64,000 nucleotides of DNA from Myxococcota bacterium (GTDB lineage Bacteria; Myxococcota_A; UBA796; GCA-2862545): contig JBCCQY010000001.1 of NCBI GenBank assembly GCA_039208735.1, positions 1-64,000 on the forward strand. Reading direction: 5' to 3'. Both the position numbers and the translations under genes were made by a program. Positions 28,076-37,732 of this stretch are shown in pieces. Each line of letters begins with the position of its first letter. Position 1 is the stretch's first letter. Under the pieces are notes generated by a model that saw nothing but the letters and a program-made list of their open reading frames with translations, was not told the origin of the DNA and made no database searches.

Positions 28076-29248
28076 ATGAAATCCACGCTTGACCGACGAA
28101 CCGTCCTTGCCTCGAGCCTTGGTGGGCTCACCACTGTCCTGTTGGGATGTCGCCGTTCCGGCGTGTTGCTCGAAGGGGAGCGGGTGATCATCGTAGGAGC
28201 GGGGCCCGCCGGAATGACCGCGGCGTACCAGCTCGTTCAGGCCGGCGCAGATGTGACCGTCCTCGAAGCGACATCGGCGCCGGGCGGCCGCATTCGGCAC
28301 ACCCGTGACTTTGCCGACTTCCCCATCTCGTTGGGCGGCGAGTGGCTGCACGTAGCACCTGGCATCCTCGAGGACGTCGTCAACGATCCGTCCATCCCGG
28401 TGACGACCCGTCTCGAAGATTACGAACGTAAGGATTCCTACGGCTTTTTCGATGGCAACGCATTGACGCTATCGAGTGGCAGCCGCTCTCGGGATTTGAA
28501 ATTCGTCGGATCGAGCTGGTTGGATTTCTTTGAGACCTACGTTTTGCCAAGCATCTCCTCGCTCATCGAAACCGAGCGTCCCGTGGCGCGGGTCGACTGG
28601 AGTGGGGCTTCGGTGGTCCTGGAGGGGGTCAACGGCGAACAGTGGGAGGCCGATCGCGTCATCGTGACGGTTCCGCTTGCCCTTTTGCAACGTGGTGATC
28701 TCACCTTTTCGCCTCCGTTGCCGACGGAACGCACCGATGCCATCGCCGAAGCCACGATCTGGGGAGGGATTAAGATCTTCCTGGCTTTCTCGGAAGAATT
28801 CTATCCGACATTCCTCGAGTTTCCAGATAGCGGAACCGATGCAGGCCAACGGCTGTATTACGACGCCGCCTACGGTCAGATCACGAAAATGAACATCCTT
28901 GGGCTCTTTGCGGTCGGGGATCAGGCCGAGCCCTATCAGATGCGCAAGGGCGAAGAACGCCTGCAATACGTCCTCGACGAGCTGGATGCGATCTTCGACG
29001 GAGCGGCCAGCCGAACCTATCTTCGTCACGTCGACCAAAACTGGAATGAGGAGCCGTTCGCCCGAGGGGCATACCTTGCTGATGGGTCTCGCACGCGCAC
29101 CTCGCGGGTGCTTTCGGCACCCCTGGGTGACCGGGTGTTCTTTGCGGGCGACGCCTACACTCGGTTTGCCGACTGGAGCAGCGTGCACGCGGCATGTTGG
29201 TCTGCCATCGACGCCGTTGACGAATTGGTTGGGACGAGGGCGCGGTAG
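28076..29248 (+). CDS. Flavin monoamine oxidase family FAD-dependent oxidoreductase, probable Tat lipoprotein
   Basis: DRRTVL...LLGC; IVGAGPAG, GGRI, LGGEWLH, VIVTVPL, WNEEPFARGAY, FFAGD. Confidence 0.87.
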   Translation: MKSTLDRRTVLASSLGGLTTVLLGCRRSGVLLEGERVIIVGAGPAGMTAAYQLVQAGADVTVLEATSAPGGRIRHTRDFADFPISLGGEWLHVAPGILEDVVNDPSIPVTTRLEDYERKDSYGFFDGNALTLSSGSRSRDLKFVGSSWLDFFETYVLPSISSLIETERPVARVDWSGASVVLEGVNGEQWEADRVIVTVPLALLQRGDLTFSPPLPTERTDAIAEATIWGGIKIFLAFSEEFYPTFLEFPDSGTDAGQRLYYDAAYGQITKMNILGLFAVGDQAEPYQMRKGEERLQYVLDELDAIFDGAASRTYLRHVDQNWNEEPFARGAYLADGSRTRTSRVLSAPLGDRVFFAGDAYTRFADWSSVHAACWSAIDAVDELVGTRAR

Positions 29249-29321
29249 CGCGGGTTTTCGTCGCCGATGCTTCTGCGAGCTATGCTGCCCCGTCGCACGC
29301 CTAAGGCGGCAAGGGGGGCGG

Positions 29322-30581
29322 TTGCCACTTCAGGTGTTCGATGAGGTGAGTCCATTGCGTCGGGCGCTCGTGCATGAGCCCGGTCCTGAAGTGGACGCAA
29401 TGGTGCCGTCGATGATGGAAGAACTTCTGTTCGACGACATCCTGTACGGAGAGCGGGCCCGGGATGAACACGCCCGGTTCCGAAGGGTGCTCCAACTTCA
29501 TGGCGTAGAGGTTCTCGATGCGGCCACGTTGCTGCACGAGACGCTGGCCTCGGAGGAGGCGCGCCAATACTTGCTCGACGTGCTGTTGGCAGAAGCCCCG
29601 CCGGATTTGCGGGAAGCCTTGGTCGGGCAGCCGGTGGACGCCCTTGTGGACCGTCTCGTGGTCGGTCTGCGTCGAGAAGAATCGTCGAATCCGGGCACGG
29701 ACGTCGACGACCTGTTTTGCATTCCGCCCGTGCCCAACTATTGCTTTCAGCGTGACACCCAGGTGGTGCTCGGCCACGGCATCGTCCATACGTCCATGGC
29801 CGCGGCGGCTCGGCATCGCGAAACCCTGCTCTCGCGAGCCATTTTTCGCTTTCATCCTTATTTTCGTGATGCTCCGGTGTTGTTCGATCTTGCGAACGAG
29901 CTGTCGGCCGCCGACGTGTTCTCCCCTGAGCGATCGCTGCTCGAAGGCGGCGATGTGTTGATCATGAGCCGTGACATCGTCGCGGTGGGGCTTTCGGAGC
30001 GCACCAACCGAACTGCGATTCGGCACCTCGCCCGGTGCTTGGCCCGTCGCGAGGAGGGGCCTCGCTGGATGGTGGTCGTCGAGCTGCCGCGCCGGCGTGC
30101 CTACATGCACCTCGACACCCTCATCACGATGGTCGACCATGGACTGTGCTTGATGTTCGCGCCCGTGATCGGAAAGGGCGGTGCCGAAGAGGCTTCCACG
30201 TTCGTGGCGGACTTGCATGCCGATGACCTGTCGTTCAAATCGTCCGGACCCTTGCTCGAAACCTTGGCGGGCCTTGGGCTTTCGGTTGAACCAATCCTCT
30301 GCGGCGGTCGCGACCCCGTGGTGCAGCAGCGGGAGCAGTGGACGGATGGGGCCAATACGCTGGCCATTGCTCCCGGGGTGATCACTTTGTTCGACCGCAA
30401 TGTGAAGACCCTCGAAGAGCTGGATCGACACGGTTTTGCCATCGTCGATGCCGAAGATCTGTTGCTCGGTCGGACCGAGCCCGATGTCAGTCGAAGAGTT
30501 TGCCTCTCCCTGCGCTCTCACGAGATTTCACGTGCAAGGGGAGGCCCACACTGCCTGTGTCACCCGCTGGTGCGGGCGTAG
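29322..30581 (+). CDS. arcA: Arginine deiminase
   Basis: LRRALVHEPGPE, LLFDDI, PNYCFQRD, LEGGDV, GLSERT, MHLDT, REQWTDGANTLAIAPG, SRARGGPHC; TTG start inferred. Confidence 0.9.
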   Translation: MPLQVFDEVSPLRRALVHEPGPEVDAMVPSMMEELLFDDILYGERARDEHARFRRVLQLHGVEVLDAATLLHETLASEEARQYLLDVLLAEAPPDLREALVGQPVDALVDRLVVGLRREESSNPGTDVDDLFCIPPVPNYCFQRDTQVVLGHGIVHTSMAAAARHRETLLSRAIFRFHPYFRDAPVLFDLANELSAADVFSPERSLLEGGDVLIMSRDIVAVGLSERTNRTAIRHLARCLARREEGPRWMVVVELPRRRAYMHLDTLITMVDHGLCLMFAPVIGKGGAEEASTFVADLHADDLSFKSSGPLLETLAGLGLSVEPILCGGRDPVVQQREQWTDGANTLAIAPGVITLFDRNVKTLEELDRHGFAIVDAEDLLLGRTEPDVSRRVCLSLRSHEISRARGGPHCLCHPLVRA

Positions 30582-30582
30582 G

Positions 30583-32412
30583 TCAGAGCGACTTCAAGTA
30601 GGCGATCAGCACATCCTGCTCATCGGACGAGAGGGTCGAGGTCTGACCGTGCAGGTCGCCCCCACCGCACTGAGGGTCCGTCATCCGGTCTTCGAGGGTG
30701 GGCGCGCAACCATCGGACATGTAGGGAGCCCGGCTTGCGATGCCCAAGAGGCTGGGGGTCTTTCGGGCCTCCGAACCTCCGCGAACCACGTGAAGCTGCG
30801 AGTCTGTGAGGGCGTCGCCGGCGTGGCATTCGGCACAGCCCGCCGACTCGAAGAGGGCTCGACCTTCCGCGACCCGTGCGGCATCGACCGGCGCGCTGCG
30901 GGGCACCGGGATGGCGTGCAGCCAGTCCAGTAGTACCGTCGTGTCGGTTTCGGTCAGTTCGGCACCGCCCATGCGGTCGACGAACACATCGCCCATCAGG
31001 TCGGGTAGGCTCCCGAATTCGCCGTCCCAGTGAAAGGGGGCCCGATCGGCCAGGCCACCGGCGAGGCTTTGGGTCCGTCGTAAACCGCTCTCTTCAAACT
31101 CCCACACATGTCCGTCCTCTTGCCCTTCGGGATGGCAGGAGGCGCAGGCGATGAAGGCATCGGTTTGCATGTGGAAGGTGTTCAGCGGGCCGTCCGCTAC
31201 CGCGGCATTGAGCGTCACCCGCCGCGTTCCGTTCGAAAGCACGGCCGGTTCACGCGAGTACGTGAACATCGTGCCATCCGACGCCATCTCCAACGCGGTG
31301 ATGGTGACTCCCACGGTTTCTTCGTCGAATGACCGCATGACGCACTGTGGCTGGGTGACCGCCACCTCGAGAATGTCGATGGCAAGCCCAATGCGTTGTG
31401 ACGGAGGCGTCCTTCCATCCACGACTCCGTTCGCGGTGAAGACCAGTCCCTGGCCCATCGCAAAGTCGAACTGGCTGTTGCCGAGGCCGTTGGCCCCCCC
31501 AGTTGTCGTTGCAGTCTCGGTCACGTGGGTGAAGTGGCTCGACGAGATCGCTCCTGCGGGATCGCAGAGCTTTCCTCCGTAGCGGGATTCGCCGTCGCCA
31601 TTGAACGAATTTCCGTTCGAGGCGGCCTGTTCCTGCGGGATGGGCTCACGGGTGGCGCCTTGATGCAGCAGCACAACGCCACTGGTCGGGTGGGCTCGCA
31701 TCCGCCAGGCCACGTGAGGCTCCTGTTGTGGCTGTTCGGTCGTTGAAAGGTCGGGCCGCGCTTCTTGGACAATCGTGAGGTCGGGCAGGCTGACCCGCAG
31801 CACCGAGGCGTCGCGGAACGTGGAGACCCACAGGTGGGTTCCTTCCAGAACGACATCGCGCAGATCGGAGGCGAGTTCCACGCTTCGCACGATCTCAAGC
31901 TTCCGGGTCAGCTCGACGAGTTCACCGCTGGCGCAGGCCACGAACAGGCCCCCGTCGGTCAGGGTGACGCCACGGGGCTCGGCACAGATGGGAGTCGTGG
32001 CGACGACGGACTGCGAGGCTACGTCGAGGTGGGCCACCTCTCCCGTGCCCCGGAGGGTGACGTAAAGGTCGTCGCCGGCCGCCGCGATGCGAAACGGTTC
32101 GGTGTGCTTCGGCAATGCGATGGCGACGGGGTCGGTCTCGAGGGTTTGCGGAGCGAAGAAGACGTTGTCGAGTGCGGGGTCAGCCACGTACACGCGTCCG
32201 TCGGACAGGGCCAAGGTGCCGCCGTAGATCGGCACGGTGCCGCGCGCGGTGGCAAACGGGTTCCCCTTGGGGTCCGGCGTCGGATCGGGATCGGGATCGG
32301 GATCGGGGTCAACGATGGGGTCTGGCTGGGGTGCCGGGACCGGGTTGGTTCCGTTTTCGTCTGGAGTACAGGCCAGGAGGAAAACTAGGCCACACCAAGG
32401 TAATTTTTGCAT
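30583..32412 (-). CDS. Lipoprotein with a YVTN-like beta-propeller and a di-heme cytochrome c (CCP/MauG-like) domain
   Basis: LLAC lipobox; propeller repeats (EPFRIA, EPRGV); CASCH...DGHVW...RRTQSL..PFHWDG; CAECH...KTPSL..APYMSDG. Confidence 0.85.
   Translation of the reverse strand: MQKLPWCGLVFLLACTPDENGTNPVPAPQPDPIVDPDPDPDPDPTPDPKGNPFATARGTVPIYGGTLALSDGRVYVADPALDNVFFAPQTLETDPVAIALPKHTEPFRIAAAGDDLYVTLRGTGEVAHLDVASQSVVATTPICAEPRGVTLTDGGLFVACASGELVELTRKLEIVRSVELASDLRDVVLEGTHLWVSTFRDASVLRVSLPDLTIVQEARPDLSTTEQPQQEPHVAWRMRAHPTSGVVLLHQGATREPIPQEQAASNGNSFNGDGESRYGGKLCDPAGAISSSHFTHVTETATTTGGANGLGNSQFDFAMGQGLVFTANGVVDGRTPPSQRIGLAIDILEVAVTQPQCVMRSFDEETVGVTITALEMASDGTMFTYSREPAVLSNGTRRVTLNAAVADGPLNTFHMQTDAFIACASCHPEGQEDGHVWEFEESGLRRTQSLAGGLADRAPFHWDGEFGSLPDLMGDVFVDRMGGAELTETDTTVLLDWLHAIPVPRSAPVDAARVAEGRALFESAGCAECHAGDALTDSQLHVVRGGSEARKTPSLLGIASRAPYMSDGCAPTLEDRMTDPQCGGGDLHGQTSTLSSDEQDVLIAYLKSL
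32281..32308. repeat. Hexamer tandem repeat (GATCGG)n encoding a PD linker
   Basis: cggatcgggatcgggatcgggatcgggg within the cytochrome c lipoprotein gene. Confidence 0.7.
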
Positions 32413-32493
32413 ACGCACCTCCAGTGCAATCCGGCGATTGCAAACTGGAAACGCTTGGGCGCTTCGCGGTGTGGAAATTGGATGAGCGAGCGG

Positions 32494-32985
32494 CTACATC
32501 GCTGCGGCTAAAGGCGGGTTGGAGAGTCGCTCTTCGAGCGTATCGCGGATCGATCCCAGGGCACGCTTGGTCATCGCGATGTCGCTCTTCGCGTCGAGTT
32601 CAAGGGACTCGATACGGCGGGCCAACGCATGATCCCTGGCCCCTTCGCCTCGTCGAAGGTGCCGAGCCGCACGTTCCAAACGGGCTCGCGCCGGGCCAAA
32701 CTGCCGGCCATCCACATCACCGATCGCGCGCGTCAAATCGAGCATCGCCCACAGCCGAACGTTCTGGTGATGGTCTTCCTGATGGCTCAAGGCGAGCTGC
32801 TCTTTTTCTGTCGCGCAGGTTTCGATGGTTTGCGCCAACGTGTTCTCAAGACGATGCTGCTCGGCGTTGTCTCGGTAGAGCGTCAAGGCCGTGGTGAGCA
32901 TTCCCAAACCGGCGGCCCCTCCAAGCAGGGCTGCGACAAGCGGGAGGGCAGGGGTTCGCTTCGCTCGGGGGGCTCGTCTCGTCAT
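32494..32985 (-). CDS. Hypothetical membrane-anchored coiled-coil protein
   Basis: ATG after GGAG; one N-terminal TM segment followed by helical sequence. Confidence 0.6.
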   Translation of the reverse strand: MTRRAPRAKRTPALPLVAALLGGAAGLGMLTTALTLYRDNAEQHRLENTLAQTIETCATEKEQLALSHQEDHHQNVRLWAMLDLTRAIGDVDGRQFGPARARLERAARHLRRGEGARDHALARRIESLELDAKSDIAMTKRALGSIRDTLEERLSNPPLAAAM

Positions 32986-33169
32986 AGCAATCTCCAACCG
33001 TACGAAACTTTGACGTTGCGACTCCGTTGTTGCACGCCCACCGTGACACGAGTGTCACTCCTCAAGAGGCCGTTCAAAGCTGCTCGGTGGGTGTCACAGG
33101 GGGGTAACGGAAATGCACGAAGCGCGGTGCGGACCACAGGCCTGGTGCTGTTTCGCTCCTCTAGGCGGA

Positions 33170-33595
33170 CTACAGCTCGCAGGCGCGGAACACGCCCTCG
33201 TTCGCCACCGCCGACACGTTGGACGGTAAGGTCTTCATCTTGCCGTCGTAGCAGCCGTGGTTCTTGAGCGTTCCTGTATAGCGAACACCGTTATCGCCCG
33301 TAAACTTGATTCGGAGCTTGTCTTTGATCGCTCCATTGCGGTTGGTCTTTTGAAACATCGACCATGTGCCCCAGGCCGAGTCCTCGAAGGTCTGGCCATT
33401 GTCGAGAATCACCACGGTAACTTCGGCGTCACCGTCTGCGGCGTCAACCGAGTCGGCCCACAGCTCGACCAACGTGCGGGGGCACGCCGCGTTGAACGTG
33501 GTCGACGACCAACAGTAGGTCACCTCGAGGGTGCCGACGTGGACTTGATCCTGTGCAGACGCAGGCAAGGCGAGTGAGAGAAGGGACAGAAGCAT
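33170..33595 (-). CDS. Small secreted beta-rich hypothetical protein
   Basis: GGAGG RBS; signal peptide MLLSLLSLALPASA; four Cys. Confidence 0.7.
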   Translation of the reverse strand: MLLSLLSLALPASAQDQVHVGTLEVTYCWSSTTFNAACPRTLVELWADSVDAADGDAEVTVVILDNGQTFEDSAWGTWSMFQKTNRNGAIKDKLRIKFTGDNGVRYTGTLKNHGCYDGKMKTLPSNVSAVANEGVFRACEL

Positions 33596-33701
33596 GGAAC
33601 CTCCAAGGCGGTTCGTCGACCGCGTTCCGGGTCTCCACGGCTCAGGCCGGCTCGCGTTGAGTCCACGGGGGCCCGATAAGAGACGGTCGGGAGACGCTCA
33701 C

Positions 33702-36700
33702 GTGCCTGGCCCTTTTGAACTGCAACACCCGATCGGTCGCGGTGGCCTTGGTGAGGTTTGGGGAGGGGTACACCGAACCTCGGGATTGCCTGTTGCCATC
33801 AAGGCGGTGGCCACAGCTCCCGCAGCCTTCGCGCGCGAAGTCGAGGCGGTTGCCATGCTCGACCATCCGCGAATCGTCTGGATCCTGGACCACGGGGTTG
33901 CGGACGGCTCAGATGCCCTGGCCAAGGGAACTCCTTGGCTTGCAATGCAACGCGCCACCGGTACGCTCGCCGACCTAAGCCCTTTGTCGTGGAACCAACA
34001 GCGTGTCGCGTTGGTTGGACTTCTTCAGGGTCTGGCCCATGCGCACGCACGAGGGGTCGTTCATCTCGACGTCAAGCCGAGCAACGTGCTCGTAGGATGC
34101 CGACGCCACCCCGCGGACCCCTTGGCGCATCCGACAGATGGCCTGTGTCTCGCCGATTTTGGCATCGCAAGGCACGCGAAGTTTGCGCAGGTTCCACTGG
34201 CGGGAACGCCGAGGTTCATGGCTCCTGAGCAACGGCAGGGGAAGGGTCCGCTTGGGCCATGGACGGACCTCTATGGCGTGGGATGTCTCGCTTGGGCGTT
34301 GGCGACCGGCGGGCCCCCGCGCCCCGGTGAACGGCCCATCGCACCTGCGGGCGTCCCGAAGGGCTGGATGGCGTGGGTCGATCGACTTTGGGCCCATGAC
34401 CCGGTGGACCGATTCGCGAGTGCAGCTGCGGCGGTCGCCGACTTGCTCGACTTGGGCGTTGCGGTTGGAGCCTCGTCCATCGAGCGTTCGGGGGAACTCG
34501 GAGACCTCACCACGTGCGCCGTCATCGTCCCTGAAGCTCCAGAAGTCTTGATTCAACCTTCGGAGAGCAGAACGCCAACGGTGTTGCGCCCGCTTCCGGC
34601 CACCTGGCAAACCCAGCGCGTACCTTGGCCGTCGCCCTCCTTGGTGGACGCTGGGCGGGGGCTGATCGGGCTCCGACAGTTGCCCTTTCGAGGGCGAGTG
34701 GCCGCTTGCGATCGGCTGTGGTCGTCGCTCGCCTCGGTGAGTGAGGACAAACGCGCAAGGGTTGTGGTGTTGCGGGGGGCGTCTGGGGTTGGGGTGACCC
34801 GGTTGGGGCGATGGCTTGTCGAACGAAGCCACGAGGTGGGTTCGGCGACGGTCCTTCGGGGGCCAACCCTTCTCGAAGCGATGCAGCAGTGGGTGGCCCA
34901 CGTTCGGTCGAGGTTGCCCGACTGGATTGTGGCGGATGTTGGTGAAGGAACCATTGGCCCAGGTCTGGTTCGGGAGACCCTCGCCGACGCGGCCAGACTG
35001 GCGCCGGTGGTGATTTGGGTGGACGATGTCGCCCTCGACGAAGTTGCTTTGGAAAGCATCCGCCGACACTTGGCCATTCAATCTGTGGATCCCGTACCTG
35101 TGTTGTGGGTTTGCGGCTCGAGAACCGAAGATGCAGCCCCATCATCGGCCCTTGCCGCTCTGGAGCAGCAGGACGACGTCGAGACGATCGAACTCCTTCC
35201 CTTGGAGCCGAGCGATCATGAAGCGTTGGTCGCTGACGCGTTGCAACTTGATGAATCGGCTGCGCTCTGGCTTGCCGACCACACACAGGGCCATCCTGGG
35301 CTTGCCGTTTCGTTGCTTCAGGAACTCGTAGCGGTAGACGCGCTGATCTCCGGTCCCGATGGATTTGTGTTCCGGCCCGGGGTGCGCCTGTCGACCTCGA
35401 ACGATCAGGTCACTAGCTGGGAACGTCGCATTGCGAAGGTTGTGACCGAACCGGTACAACGGAGGGTGCTGTGGCTGGCCGCCATCTTGGGTCCGGTGGA
35501 GGCACTGCAATCTAGGTTGAGAACTGCATTTCCGGGTACGGATGTGGTGGGGCTTCACGGTCGGCTGATTCGGGCCGGCCTCGCTACGTCGGATAGGGAG
35601 CGCATGGAGTTGCGCAGTCCAGGCCTAAGGCAGGCGCTGATCTTTGAAGCGAAACGTGCCGGAGTGGCGCAGGAGCTGCATCGAACCGCATTGACGTTCC
35701 ATCCCCACGATGCGGACAACCCCTGGGCCTTGGAGCGGCGCGCCCATCATGCAGACGGAAGTGGCGATGCGGCCTTTGCATTGGCGTGTTGGCTCGATGC
35801 GGGCGAGAGCTGGCGGATGAGAGGAGCGTTTCGCCGCAAACATCGATCGGCGCTCGAGGCATGGAAACGCGTCGTGGATCTTGGATTACCGGCTTCAGAT
35901 AAACGTCATGCTCGTGCATTGGCCCTGGTGGTGCACTCGGTCATCAAGGGGCCCGGGCACCCAGAACATGTTGCTCAGTGCGAGTCCCTCATCGAAGCAG
36001 CGATGCGTGGAAAATGGCCGGAACTCGAGTTCACCGGTCGACTCTTTTTGGGCATCTCGTTGTCGCGCACCGATCGGTATGAAGAGGGAATCTCCGAGAT
36101 GGAGCGCGCCGGTGAGTTGGCGGCTAGATTGGGCATCTGGAACCGTGCGGTGGCCGCGTGGTCGCAGCTTGGTCATGCGATGGCGGGCAAGGGCCGTTTC
36201 GAGCACGCGGAGCGGTGGTTTGAGCGATGCATCGAGGTGGCGCCAAGGCTCGCCGATCCCGCTTGGCCGAGTGACCCGGCGTGGGCCATCGTCCGGGGCC
36301 ATTGCGGCCTGTCGAAGCTCGCACGGTTGCAGGGACAGCTGGACCAAGCGTTGCACCACTCTGAAGTAGCCGCGGGCGCGTGTGAGGGCATCAACCCTCA
36401 ATTTCGAGCCCTCGCCGACGCGATGATGTCGTCGGCGCTCCTTGCCCTCGATCGCCCGGCCGCGGCCGAGCCCCTGATTCGGCGCAGCATCGCGTATGCG
36501 CGAAGGACGGGTTCGCTTCGGGATGAGGTGCAGTACCTGGCCTTGCTCACCGAGGTCCTACTTCGGCAAGGCCGGATCAACGAAGCGGAGGAGACCGGTC
36601 GCCGTACGCTGGGCCACGGGAGGCGGGGTAACCAGAGCCCCACATGGTTGCTTCTTGGGTTGATCGCCATGGCCAAGGCCGACTGGACGGGTGTCGCTGC

Positions 36701-36974
36701 CGTGTTGAACGCCGAACGGGTGGAACGCGCGTTGCTCAGTGCAGAGCACGATGTGCTGTTAGCGCTCCTCCACCTTGGGGTGGACCTCGCCTCCGGGACG
36801 GCGGCCGATGGCGCTGAACGTGTGGACGAACTCCGAATGCGGTTGGAGCGCAGCCCCCTGACCCCTTCCAGCTTGGTGGTGCAAACGGCGGAGGCCTTGC
36901 GAACCCATGCGGATCAACGGCTAGAGTCGTCCATCGATCACTTTGTGACGTCGCTTCGGAGCCGGCCCTCGTGA
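33702..36974 (+). CDS. Ser/Thr protein kinase fused to a degenerate AAA/STAND-like ATPase and TPR repeats
   Basis: IGRGGLGEV, VAIK, HLDVKPSN, DFG, GTPRFMAPEQ, DLYGVG; GASGVGVT (Walker A without Lys), IWVDD; C-terminal TPRs. GTG start inferred. Confidence 0.88.
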   Translation: MPGPFELQHPIGRGGLGEVWGGVHRTSGLPVAIKAVATAPAAFAREVEAVAMLDHPRIVWILDHGVADGSDALAKGTPWLAMQRATGTLADLSPLSWNQQRVALVGLLQGLAHAHARGVVHLDVKPSNVLVGCRRHPADPLAHPTDGLCLADFGIARHAKFAQVPLAGTPRFMAPEQRQGKGPLGPWTDLYGVGCLAWALATGGPPRPGERPIAPAGVPKGWMAWVDRLWAHDPVDRFASAAAAVADLLDLGVAVGASSIERSGELGDLTTCAVIVPEAPEVLIQPSESRTPTVLRPLPATWQTQRVPWPSPSLVDAGRGLIGLRQLPFRGRVAACDRLWSSLASVSEDKRARVVVLRGASGVGVTRLGRWLVERSHEVGSATVLRGPTLLEAMQQWVAHVRSRLPDWIVADVGEGTIGPGLVRETLADAARLAPVVIWVDDVALDEVALESIRRHLAIQSVDPVPVLWVCGSRTEDAAPSSALAALEQQDDVETIELLPLEPSDHEALVADALQLDESAALWLADHTQGHPGLAVSLLQELVAVDALISGPDGFVFRPGVRLSTSNDQVTSWERRIAKVVTEPVQRRVLWLAAILGPVEALQSRLRTAFPGTDVVGLHGRLIRAGLATSDRERMELRSPGLRQALIFEAKRAGVAQELHRTALTFHPHDADNPWALERRAHHADGSGDAAFALACWLDAGESWRMRGAFRRKHRSALEAWKRVVDLGLPASDKRHARALALVVHSVIKGPGHPEHVAQCESLIEAAMRGKWPELEFTGRLFLGISLSRTDRYEEGISEMERAGELAARLGIWNRAVAAWSQLGHAMAGKGRFEHAERWFERCIEVAPRLADPAWPSDPAWAIVRGHCGLSKLARLQGQLDQALHHSEVAAGACEGINPQFRALADAMMSSALLALDRPAAAEPLIRRSIAYARRTGSLRDEVQYLALLTEVLLRQGRINEAEETGRRTLGHGRRGNQSPTWLLLGLIAMAKADWTGVAAVLNAERVERALLSAEHDVLLALLHLGVDLASGTAADGAERVDELRMRLERSPLTPSSLVVQTAEALRTHADQRLESSIDHFVTSLRSRPS

Positions 36975-37732
36975 CCACACCCTCGATGGTTCTGCGGGTG
37001 TTGAAGTCACCCGAGGGTTCGGCCTTGGCGGTTGGCACGACGTTTACCCTTCGCAAATCCACGACCGTCGTAGGGCGGTCGCCTGCGGCCGACGTCGTCC
37101 TTCCCGATCTCACCGTTTCGCGGGAACACGTTCGCATCGACATTGGAACCCGGGTCCTCGTCACGGCACTGACGGCGTCCAACGGAACCTTTCTCGATCG
37201 CCACCGCTTGACTCCGGGAACGCCTCGTGATGCGGTGCTGAAGGGGGCAGAGCTACAACTAGGCGGCGTGATCCTCGATCTTTTCGTGCTGGGTGACACG
37301 ACGCCGGTGTTCGAGCCGCTGACGCAAACGGTGTCCCCCTCCCTCAAAGACCCATTGTTGGTGGTCACCTGGGATGCGGGCCAGTGCTCCGCTCGTACTG
37401 GACGGCGAGACCTCGGACTGACGGCGGGCCCCGCCCGATTTCTCGGGCTCCTTGCGGATCGAGCGGGGGAAGTCGTGCACTACTGGGATCTGGAGCATGA
37501 ACTTCAGACCTCCCATCTGGCTCCGCTGGCCAGTCTGGTCCGCCAAGCGTTTCTTGCCGCGATTACCTCGGGGGCCATCGATGAGGGCAGGGTTCGGCTT
37601 CAGATCGGGGAACGCACCGGACGGCCATGCGCTGAGGTCCCGCTGCCACAGTTGATGCGGCATTTGCTTCAGTCGCGAAGGGGCCATGGCTACATTCTGA
37701 ATCTCTCGGATGTGGAGGTTATTCGAGTCTAA
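36971..37732 (+). CDS. FHA-domain protein with a C-terminal winged-helix-like region
   Basis: VVGRS...VSREH...SNGTF (FHA); LLADRAGEVV...QSRRGHGYIL (OmpR-like wHTH end); GTGA overlap with the kinase gene. Confidence 0.8.
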   Translation: MTTPSMVLRVLKSPEGSALAVGTTFTLRKSTTVVGRSPAADVVLPDLTVSREHVRIDIGTRVLVTALTASNGTFLDRHRLTPGTPRDAVLKGAELQLGGVILDLFVLGDTTPVFEPLTQTVSPSLKDPLLVVTWDAGQCSARTGRRDLGLTAGPARFLGLLADRAGEVVHYWDLEHELQTSHLAPLASLVRQAFLAAITSGAIDEGRVRLQIGERTGRPCAEVPLPQLMRHLLQSRRGHGYILNLSDVEVIRV

